A stretch of 64,000 bases of DNA, from NCBI GenBank assembly GCA_964057225.1, contig OZ059895.1:6014001-6078000 (forward strand), read 5' to 3'. The DNA comes from Auanema rhodensis (taxonomy: Eukaryota > Animalia > Nematoda). Of this stretch, positions 12,401 through 22,941 are shown piece after piece. A program made the position numbers and the translations under genes. Each line of letters starts with the position of its first letter. Positions within the stretch are counted from its first letter, which is position 1. The notes under the pieces were generated by a model that was given only the letters and a program-made list of their open reading frames with translations, was not told the DNA's origin and ran no database searches.

Positions 12401-15400
12401 ATACTAGTTGGTACTGACTCTATCATACACACTCTATCTCTGTTGTGCACTGTGCCAGTCTTGTGTTGCCGATGAAGCTTATTGTCTAACGTTCGCATTT
12501 CCACCACTGTATAACTTCTGGGACGTGAAAACCCTATTGTACGCATAACGATGCGTCAAAGAGCATTCTTCAATTATGATTCGGGTAAAGGGGCTATCTA
12601 GCAATCTGTTTATGTTTTAAAGCGAAGAAATCGATCATTTAAGATTAGCAAACTCTTCTTCTTCAAGCTTATCATCTCATTTAATTTTATTATATATTCT
12701 ACTTCGTCAATTCTTTTTATCTCACTTCCCTCTATCTCTGTTTTCTGAATTTTCTGCTCATCTCTCTTTCGCTATGTGTATACTAATAAGTCCGAACGCA
12801 AGAAGAGTGGATTTCTCACACACGTACACACATAAAATCATTTCTATTCGAGCGAAAATTGTCGACGGCGACGACTGTTGTCTGATTTTCGGCGTTCAGC
12901 TCGTCGTAAGCTCTTTCTATCTTTGTTCTGCTTCTCATCATTAAATCGGAACGTTCACTGAATATAAAATATGCTAAAAGCTGATTTGAGCACCTCTAGC
13001 TTTGAGCATATTGATGATATCGTGGGATAGATGAAGAGGTGAACCGAGGTAAACGTTGGAAAGTTATTCAATAGTAAATAGCTATATGCATACACATATA
13101 CAAAAAGAAAGCGGCATTTAAGAGTAATATAATAGTTAACAACAGAATATTTATCTTCATGTTTTACTAGGTCATTTCATATTATGCCATAACGGCCATT
13201 AATCGGTATGTATCTATCCACATATAGTATATGAGCATGCTTTAACAATGGAGCGTTTATGTTTCACCGACAAGCATAACATCTTGACTATAATGCTCTT
13301 ATTGCTATAATTCTGATCTGTATACACATGTATTGAATGGAACTGTTTTCTTTACCATCATTGTTTAATGATGATTTCAGAAGACAATGTTCATAGTGAT
13401 TATTATGATCGTGTGCAGTCTTTGTCATTTTTAATTCAACTTAAACGTCTTCTCTATGCTCGTTCTCATCATCTCATCTTAAACATAGAGAGACAGATGA
13501 TGTTCATGATTACGGTCAGAGATACACAGTCTTAACAATGCTTTCTTATATTTTCAAAAACTAGTTTTAGCTTAATGTTGCTCTTCGCTCATGCGCAAAA
13601 ATATTATATAATCCACTAATCAAAAGCTCTTCAGTTTTGATAATAAAGATTCAACGTTTTATGCTAATTACAATTTTTAACTGATTTTATGGCGTAATCG
13701 GTTGTGTTTCTGTTGATTCACGAATACTTTTTTTTACTTTTATCTTATTCTTATAGTCTTAGGTATCAAATTACATGTGGGCGATTAAATGAGGGAATTG
13801 GAATAAGAAGCTTCCATCTTAAGAAATTAAATTATACAATGGGATGTCTTCAGATTAGTTTCCAAAGAGAATTCTAAGATTAGATCAAAGTATAAGGAGA
13901 CTGTAGATTGCTCATCGGCTCTGTTATTGTTGCTGTTGGTGTTCTTGCTGGGTTTTCATAGCGGGCTATGTAATTTTGCATAAGGAATGAAAGAAAGATA
14001 TTGAAAAGGAAATAGAAGTAGAAAGGGAGAACAGAACTGAGTTTGTAATAGCACAAGAGTGTCAGTGGCAAAACTCGGAGTGCGTGTGGTAGCTGTTCAT
14101 GTTTGCCTTGTAACTTGATCTACTTTTGCCCTTGCTTCTTCTCTCCAATATTCTATAATAGATTTGGATATTGTGGTGTTCCGGTGCTTCTGTCTAGTAC
14201 TACTACTAGTACCATTATCCAAGTCATAGTATTACATGTTATATCCTATTCATTGAAGAAAATAAAGATGATGTATAGATTAAGGGAAAGATTATGGTTA
14301 GTTACCTCTCATGATATCGAAATGACGAAAAAAATTGTTTGAGCTTGAATACGTCTGTTTTCCGGAATGTGAAGTTATGCTTTTCTTTACTTTTCTTCTC
14401 AAGAAAACACTACAATGGTCTGTGTAGTTGAAATAGACTGTTTTGACACTGAGAAGCAACAGCTAGTTGATTCGTTTGAATATAGTAAGCATACATAGAT
14501 GAAGATTGTTCATGTTTGATTTTTGTCTGTCAAAACTATTCTGATCCTTGATATGATGATGAAATAATTTAATAGAATGAAGTTACTATGAAGTAAATTG
14601 AAGGACTGAAATATGGTATAATATGAATAAATACTAATAGTCTTAAATATTATATAACCAATAATAATAGAAGAATATCTTCTGATTAAATATCATGATT
14701 ATATACACATAATTATTGTTAAGTTAAGCATTGACGTCATATTCACAGTTAGTGTTCGATAAACTCATTGATTCTCTTTATCTGTCATAGTCTTTTGGAT
14801 TTTTCTGTATAGCGCTTCACAGTATAGCCATCATTCTCTTATTCTCTTTATCTTTATGCTCTGGAGCTTCGACTACTTCCTAATGTCACATCTGTTGAAT
14901 GGACAGTCTGCTTTGTTTGTTCACACCATTCATCACGAAGATTACTCAGACTTTCCCAATTGGAATACTATCTTTTCAATTGCTCAAATATAGATTATAC
15001 ACTATACGAGTGAATTCTATTAAAAGGGTTTCTAAACCAAAAAAAAAATTTTTTTTTTGAATAATTTCATTGAAATTGAATGACAGTTGACTTATTCTGA
15101 TAAATCAGATGGTTAGTAGAATATGGGAATAGAATAAGAGAAAGGAAAAAGGCTCTAATATTTAAAAATCTAATATACATTGATATCTTGTGAAAAATGT
15201 TTTTGCTTATCATAATTTTCGGTTTTTTTTAGTCGAAAGGATGATGATGATATTGTTCCACTTAATGACTGGGAAAGAGAACCTCTTCCTCAATTGAAAA
15301 AGGAAAGACTTCCCCCAATGGATCCTTGGCCTATGACTACAATGTATGTTTTAAATATATTATATATTACTATATATATGTATTACTAATTATCTCAGAC

Positions 15401-16472
15401 GTCCTAAACACACAGTTTCAACTATTCCTCCTTGGCGGCGTGAAGTTCCTATTCCGATCGAACAACAACCAAATTTAATTCCTTCATATGAAAGTAAAGG
15501 TTTGTATTTTTACTTTGTGTTATGATAGTTGCAATATATTTTCTAGTTGAACACTTGTCTCAGCCTACAAAGCATCATCATCATCAACATTCACAGAACC
15601 ATTCATCTGGAAGCCGTATATGGTATCCTCCACCTCAACGTCCTATGTCATATCTACCACGACGACCAGCTCCCCATTGGGTGCCTCCTACAGTAATAAC
15701 AACTACTCGCCCAGTTATTACTACCACTATTCCAACTACAACAACTACAACTACTAGACCTTTAACAACGAGAGGATTACCTTCATTCAGATTGTACCAA
15801 AAGGATCATATCATTCACGGTATCAAGAATTCAGGTTTGATTGAATGTCATGAAAATAATTTACTCCTAAAATTTATAGAATCACCTTCGACTACAACGA
15901 GAACTACTACGACATCAACAACAACAACAACAACTACAACAACAACTACTCAACCAACTACTACAACAACTACTGTTAATCCAAGAGATATTGCTATTAA
16001 GTCATATCGTGAAAATCAGTCTAGATTCAAGCCAGTTGATGTACTAGCGTACAGATCATATAACCGCATGGTTCGATCAAAAAATATCTTATCTTTACAT
16101 TTATTCTATTTTTTTTAGAAAGAAAGTTACAAGCCTACTCCTACTACAACATCCACAACAACCACGACAACGACTACTACAACCATTCCATCCACTACGA
16201 CGACGGCGGTGACGACTAAATCACCCACAACTACAACGGAAGAACCAACGACAGTTCCGTTATCAAACGAAGATGATACATATGAGGATGAATTAGAAGA
16301 TGAGACAACTACTACTCCTGTACCTACTACTACTAGCAAACAACTTCGTCGAAAGTTGAGTAAAGCCAAGCAGGATCTATATCAGGCTATTGCTAAGAAA
16401 CCATCCTCCGCTTTTCATTATTCAATTACCATTCCTTTAGTTATCAACTTTTTTGTTTTATATTTAATTTAA
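9401..16472 (+). CDS. Secreted cell-surface protein: signal peptide, Cys-rich three-finger/activin-receptor-like domain, Pro/Thr-rich mucin stalk, hydrophobic GPI-type tail
   Basis: Exon 1 MILCKLLLLFISFPVAWSI(R) joins in phase to CQCSTGSSGVSCYNQWCEA.., VGACAVV..CMADRVNGETQ and VRCWCRSGDYCN (11441). Thr-rich exons at 15547-16472 end ..SSAFHYSITIPLVINFFVLYLI*. At least one small exon between 11540 and 15230 is unresolved. Confidence 0.75.
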
Positions 16473-16823
16473 TTTTTAAATATCAAAAACCTATAACTTG
16501 GCCAAGTTTTATAAAGCATATGAATCAAAGATTCGTAATGCTTACTTACCTTCAACTCACTAATAATGTTTTGCCTGTTTTGAACAGATCATTCGCTTGG
16601 AATTTGACATATCTTCAATAATCAAGAAAGTAATATAATCAATAATTAATGATGTATTAGTTTTTCTGCTCATTGTTACGGGTTTAAATGAGATTCTTTT
16701 TATTATTTACTTCAATCTTTCTTTTTTCTTTTTTTTTTTGGTTGTGATATATAAACGTACAATTTATTGAATATTTTAAAAATAAAATTGTTTGTTCTTG
16801 GTCAAATATTGTAATATAAAGTG

Positions 16824-17958
16824 TTAAACTATCGTAAGAATATTTTCAAGGTAACGATCCTGGTACGTTGCCAGGGAACGGAAAGGACAAGGACAGTATC
16901 CAGCATCTCGCCCAGGAGCTCCTGGAGGACCATCCTGAGAATATTATTACATTTGTTTTACTAAACATTATAACTGACCATTCCTGGTAAACCAGGGATA
17001 CCATCTTCTCCTGGCCTACCGGGTTGTCCTCTTGGGCCTGGTGGTCCCGGATTACCTGGTCTACCTGGCTCGCCTGGAACACCGTCTCGTCCGGGAGGGC
17101 CAATCTTGCCAGGTGGCCCACGAGATCCAACATTTCCATATACTCTTAAAATTAATTTAATCAATGTAAGTGAAAGGGTCAAACTGTTACCTGACACCAT
17201 CTCGGCCTGGAGGACCTTTACAGCCTGGTCTTCCCGGTTTACCATTCTCACCTGGGGAACCAGGTAAGCCCGGTGGGCCGGGGTATCCGTCTTCTCCATC
17301 CTTTCCTGGAAGACCAGGAACTCCGGGCGGACCAACCGGTCCTGGTATTCCTTTAGCTCCGGGCGGTCCTGGAGGCCCAGCTGGACATAAGATACAAGCG
17401 TTGTAATTCATAACTCCTAAAATAAAGCATTACAACAGAGAAAATTTAGAAGCTGTTACCTTGCATTGAAAGTGGGACACCGCTTTTACCCGGTATGCCA
17501 TCTGGACCATCAGGACCAGGCAATCCATTTTCTCCATCTGGACCTGGTTCTCCTGGTAGTCCTGGAGGACAGGCTTTTGAAATATCACATATGCTAGTAG
17601 GGTAAGGAGCTACGTTGTATCCGGTAGGGTACATCCCATTTCTAAAGTCTATGTTACTACGAAACTTCTAGAAATGTGGAACGAACTTTACATTACGAGC
17701 TTTTCTTTCTTTTTCAAAATTATCAAATATGATATTAATTTCATGTACAGTATTCTGAAAAAGGAAAAAAAAATATTGAAATATCATTTAAAAATGAATG
17801 AAAATGAAATATACCTCATACTCATCAATATAAAAAATTGAATTTTCACGTAATTGTTCACCTAATGTTCTCATATATTGAAGGAAGCACATACATAATA
17901 TATTCAATGTTAAACATATAATTAAGCAAAAAATTGAAAAAATTTCTTTTTTTTTCAT
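16824..17958 (-). CDS. Nematode cuticular collagen
   Basis: N-terminal hydrophobic segment, RKAR furin-type site, Cys cluster, interrupted Gly-X-Y blocks and C-terminal [10 protein letters not shown] motif. Confidence 0.95.
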
Positions 17959-18126
17959 TTTGTCACAATGAATGAAGATGAGGATCAGGATAGAAAACAA
18001 GCTAGATCAAAACATTTTTGAACTCAGGGGTGTGTTCAACAAGTTTTCTCAAAAGACCGGATTTTATTTGAGTTGAATCCATTAATGAAAAGAAACCTGA
18101 AACAATCTTGATACAAAACTTTTGAA

Positions 18127-18143
18127 CACCCATATAAGGTACG
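18127..18143 (+). promoter_or_regulatory. snRNA-type proximal sequence element (PSE) of SL2 RNA copy a
   Basis: CACCCATATAAGGTACG at -58..-42 of the leader start. Same motif and spacing upstream of SL2 copy b and U1. Confidence 0.75.
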
Positions 18144-18184
18144 TTTAATTATTTTATAGGACTTGAGGATTCATTGATATCGTT

Positions 18185-18292
18185 GGTTTAAAACCCAGTA
18201 ATCAAGGTATGTCTGGGTTTCCGAGATATCGTTTTTTCGATTAATTTCGGAATAGTTTTTGGAATTTCCGTTCGGGGTTATCCGGATGGTAT
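18185..18292 (+). ncRNA. SL2-type spliced leader RNA, copy a (leader GGTTTAAAACCCAGTAATCAAG)
   Basis: 22-nt SL2-like leader followed by a GTATGT donor. Stem I AAACCCAG/CTGGGTTT, stem II TTCCGAG..TTTCGGAA, Sm-like AGTTTTTGG, stem III capped by GGGGTTATCC as in C. elegans SL2 RNA. Confidence 0.9.
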
Positions 18293-18753
18293 TAAGGAAT
18301 TTGGGAGTTTAATGGATTTAAACCTAGTGTGCACATATGTGTAGATTTATATATATAGTTACTTATCAGTTATTAATTATATATTGAACTATGCTTTGAC
18401 ATAAAAAAGACGCTCAAAGAAATATTTTATCTTTTGGCGCAGAATTTTCCGACGACAGGTGCGAATAAGATCTCCTTTTAAGCCAGAACAAAATATTTCA
18501 AAATTTCAAATTTCAATGAGGAAGAAGGATTCAAATCTTTTCTATCATCCTAAGCCAACGATGACTAAGCAATATTAAACTTTGCATAGATTTCTTCTGA
18601 TTTTGTTAATTTTCTGATCTGTGCTCAGTTATGAATAGCATAACCCTAGTGTATACTTGATAGGATTTTATATTGTTGTTGTTAAAATTATTTTTTGTTA
18701 TATCATATTAAACCTTCTATTCAATCAATTTTTTGTTTTCAAATGTGATTCAG

Positions 18754-18770
18754 TACCCATATGAGGTACG
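18754..18770 (+). promoter_or_regulatory. PSE of SL2 RNA copy b
   Basis: TACCCATATGAGGTACG at -58..-42 of the leader start. Confidence 0.75.
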
Positions 18771-18811
18771 TTTAATTATTTTATGGGATCTAAAGATTCA
18801 ACTTCTTTGTT

Positions 18812-18919
18812 GGTTTAAAACCCAGGAATCAAGGTATGTCTGGGTTTCCGAGATATCGTTTTTTCGATTAATTTCGGAATAGTTTTTGGAATTTCCGTTC
18901 GGGGTTATCTGATCGGATG
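18812..18919 (+). ncRNA. SL2-type spliced leader RNA, copy b (leader GGTTTAAAACCCAGGAATCAAG)
   Basis: Near-identical to copy a. Differs at leader position 15 and in the 3' strand of stem III, which still pairs (TCCGTTCGGG-GTTA-TCTGATCGGA). Confidence 0.88.
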
Positions 18920-19030
18920 TAAGGTTTGTTTGTAATTGCAGTGCATTTGCCACATGATTAAATCGATGAATCATAGACGTTGACATACTCGGTTCCCCAA
19001 GAGGGAAAGCCATATGGTCTAGCAGCGGCG

Positions 19031-19047
19031 CACCCATAGCAGATACG
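19031..19047 (+). promoter_or_regulatory. PSE of U1 snRNA
   Basis: CACCCATAGCAGATACG at -57..-41 of the U1 start, matching the SL2 PSEs. Confidence 0.7.
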
Positions 19048-19087
19048 AAGCAAGATAGGGTTAAGACATTATTTGGCCATAGCTCAT

Positions 19088-19248
19088 AAACTTACCTGGC
19101 TGGGGGTTGTTCGCGATCAAGAAGGCGGACTCCCTACGAAGAGGCCTGATCATTGCACTTTTGATTGGGCTGACCTGTATGGCAATCTCGAGTTGAGATT
19201 CGCCAACAGCTAAATTTTTGCGTTTGGGGATGCGTTCGCGCGTCCCTT
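19088..19248 (+). ncRNA. U1 snRNA
   Basis: 5' AAACTTACCTGG, loop I GATCAAGAAG (U1-70K site), loop II ATTGCAC (U1A site), Sm site AATTTTTG, terminal stem GGGGATGCG-TTCG-CGCGTCCC. Confidence 0.97.
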
Positions 19249-19402
19249 ACAAGAGTACAGACAAAAGATATGTTGTCGAGTTTGTTGGGGAAAGGGTTTT
19301 TCAAATTTTTTGAAGCAAATAAATAAAATTTACAAAGTTGTATAAGTTATATATAATTAATAATGATTTTAAAATATTTATTGTTTATATAATTATATAA
19401 TA

Positions 19403-21551
19403 CTACTTATTTGGTCTGAAAAGTGGAGAAGTATCCGTGTAAGGATTATTATATGTATTACTTTCGCTTGAATAAAAATTTGCCTCTGTAGTATATACAT
19501 TGTCTTCTTCTTCTTCAAAAGGTGCTGCAGGTTTACTGATGAATAACTCGTTTGGATATGTAACTACTTCATTTGAATAAGGTGTTGAATCATAAATTTC
19601 CGGTTTTTGTGATGTTGTAACCTTCACATAATATCTAAAAATCAAAATTCAAATTTGAAGACATTGTAGTTAAATCGGAATAAAACAATTTCATACCTAT
19701 ATGGAGTGGTTGGATATGTACTTGTTTCTGTTTGAGTTCCTTCGTTATAAGGTACTGAAGCTGGTGCTTCTTCGATTTGTGGCTGGTATGTGGCTATAGG
19801 TTCCGGAGATTGAGGTAAATATAACGATTCCGGGAAATATTCTGGAAAATATCTTCCCACATTGTATTCTTCTATCTCTGGGCATTCACAACGTCCGCTT
19901 TTAGATCCAGAGGATCCTGGATTTCCTGGCTTAAACAGAAATAGTTTCTGGCACGTATGATGATATTAATTACCGATCCAGGTGCACCAGGAGGACCATC
20001 AACTCCAGGCTTTCCAGCAGGACCGGGATCTCCAGGAATACCTGGTGTTCCTGGAAGGCCACTTCCTCCATCTTGACCCGGCTGTCCAGGCATACCATCT
20101 TCTCCAGGTTTTCCAGGAGGACCAGGTAAGTTTATGTAACGAACACTGTCGCGACCAGGTTGTCCCGGAGGACCAGGCAGTCCGATTTCACCATCGAGAC
20201 CTGGCTCTCCTGGATACCCTCGTGCACCTTCAGGTCCTGGCTTTCCCGGCTTGCCTGGCTCACCGTCTTCTCCTAAATAGAAATCAGCAAAGGTGCTTGC
20301 ATAGTATTTTATTGTTCACCTGTTGGACCACGATTTCCTGGAATACCTACAGGGCCTTCGGGGCCAGGAGGACCCATTGGACAGATGACACAACCCAACT
20401 GAAGAGAGTATACCAAATATGATTAAACACTTGATCTTACTTCAATAACCACATCATCTTCTCCCAATGTCCAATCAGTACCATTTACACCAGCAATTCC
20501 ATCATAGCCGTTTTCACCTGGTTCTCCAGGTTCACCTTGTTCACCTGGAGGCCCAGGGCAATTAGGTAATTCGCAGCCTGACAAATGAAGTAATATTTAA
20601 GAACATTGAGATATTCATACCACATATCGTTAAAGTAGAATAATAATTTAAATATTCTCCATGCTGTCGATAAGCTTCTTCTATATCGACATCTTCTTCT
20701 TCTGAACCACTTTCATCATCAATTTGGTCTTCTTCGTCGGTATTGCTTGGTTTTGTTGTTTCAGCTTCTGACGATCCCAATTCAATTGCCGTACCTTCCT
20801 TAAATACATATTATTATTTTAAAATTTAAATAGTAAAATCTGAAAACGAACCCCAGCGGTGATACGGCCTTCTGCTCCTTGTACTTCAGCAGACTCTTTA
20901 GCAATTCCCTCTCCTGAAATATCAGGAGGCGATATTTTAGTTCTAATTCTTTTCTTCTTTTTCTTCCTTAATTTTTTTTTTCGAGCTTTTCTTAATCTTT
21001 CTTCTTCAATTTGTTCTGCTATGTATTTTCTTTTTGGATCTTGTATATCTTTGATTTCTTCACTGTTACCGTCAACATTAAAATCGTTCTCATTAGTATT
21101 ACTTTGAATTATAGGTAAATGTTTCTTCTCAAGTAAAGCTGACTGAAAATCCAATTTCCTTCCAGTGCGGTCGTCAAAATAATGTGATTCCTTTCTTCGA
21201 TGTTTTCTCTTTGATTTGGATGAGCTTGGAGATGGACGTGGTATAACATACCATCCATAATTTGAATTTGAACGTCTTGTTCTTAATTTATTTTTCTTTA
21301 AAATTTCATTCCATGCTTGTGATTCAATTATCTAAACATATAATAATAATAATAATATGTATATTATATTCGTATAGTTAGTATATATTTTCAAATAAAC
21401 TTACCGCAAACTGTTTCATTTCACTTAAACCAATCTCATGAAAATGCTCCATTTCTTTCATTATTGAATGAAGATAACAGATCAGAATAAGTATTGCTGG
21501 TACAGCTAAGCCAGCAGCTACTATAGCAGCGATTGTTGGCCGACTAAGCAT
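19403..21551 (-). CDS. Atypical long cuticular collagen with extended charged N-terminal region and Pro/Tyr/Thr/Glu-rich C-terminal tail
   Basis: [27 protein letters not shown] transmembrane segment, RTRR site, Gly-X-Y exons at about 19900-20560, tail exons 19403-19860. Confidence 0.9.
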
Positions 21552-22363
21552 CTCAATTGTATTTTGATAATATTTAAATTCGAAATAACCTATATCTAAA
21601 CTATTAAAAAATAATTAAAATAAACAGATAAATTATAATTTAGATTATAAAACTTACGAATGAAGACTATTCAGCAATGCTGGTGAAGAAAATCTTCCAT
21701 AATCTATGAGTATTTGATTTACAGATTCTTTGAGGACTAGATAAACCTTATGAAAGATGTTGATCATCATTAGAGAACAGGAGGTAATAGAACATGTTCT
21801 GAAGAAATACTAGCAAATTAATTGAGAACAAGGCTTTGGTATTTCCTAAACTTTGTCAGCATTTTTCTTATAATTAACAGAATTAAGTGAAATTACTGTT
21901 TACAATGCAGCAACCAGTTTGACGACAACCTCATACATGTAAGTAACGACTAACATAAACAAGGTTTGAATTAAAATAAACAATCAACATTATAAAGAAA
22001 TATAATTTTTATTTATTAATATATAAAGCATAATATAATAATAAAATAAAATAAAAAGAAGATATATTATAGCAGAATACAAATAAATAAAAAACTAATT
22101 GAAAGCACTGGTGTGTTATTTTCAAAGATGCATAAAGGAAAAGAGATAATAGTATGAAGTACGATATAATAATCAATTATAATGATAAATATATAATTAA
22201 TTATGATATCCAATGTTGATTTATGGCACCTAAGCGATATACGGTATATATTAATAAGAATTGTATGTACTATAATATTTGTATGTTAATTTAAGTCTTT
22301 TTTAATAAAAATAAATATAAAACTGTTTTTTAAACTGATATTCCATAATATATAACTAATCAT

Positions 22364-22903
22364 TTATCCATCGTTAACTTCAACGACTTCTTCAGCTTCA
22401 GCTTGAACTGGAGCTTCGATCACTGGAATACGTGTCGGTGCTATCTGGAAATAATACTGTTTATTTAGAATTCTGAATGCAACAGTTCTGTGTCATCTAG
22501 ATAATTTTTCAATAATTTTTATAATTTATACTAATAATTGAAAAAAAACTCGAAACACGCGATATTCTGATATAATAAAACTTATTATGATTAATCATAT
22601 AATTTAACAGAAAATATTATAAATATACCTTTCGGCTACGAGTATCTGAACAGCATAAACCTGAAGCTGCTGCGAATAAAAGCCTATTGAAAAAAGAAAT
22701 ATTATAATATTTTTATTATAAATATATAAATACCATAGAATATATCCTATAGTAAACCACAAAGCTAAGTTATAACCAATAAAACTAAGCAGTTCATATA
22801 GATTTGGATCTTTAGAATCTAAAACTTCACGAATATCCATAGATGTATATTCTAATGTTAGCCGAGCAACAAAATCCTAAATTTATAATTAAGAGATTTA
22901 TGT

Positions 22904-22941
<38 letters not shown>

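Noticed and set aside
12868-12907. Intronic hairpin CGACGA..TCGTCG as a possible miRNA
   Set aside because: Stem is short and bulged, with no match to a miRNA I recognise.
18127-18920. Direct repeat read as a transposon/MITE or LTR pair, and ORF 18798-19037
   Set aside because: The repeat is fully explained by PSE plus SL2 RNA structure. No TIRs, TSDs or transposase. The ORF is antisense to the RNA gene.
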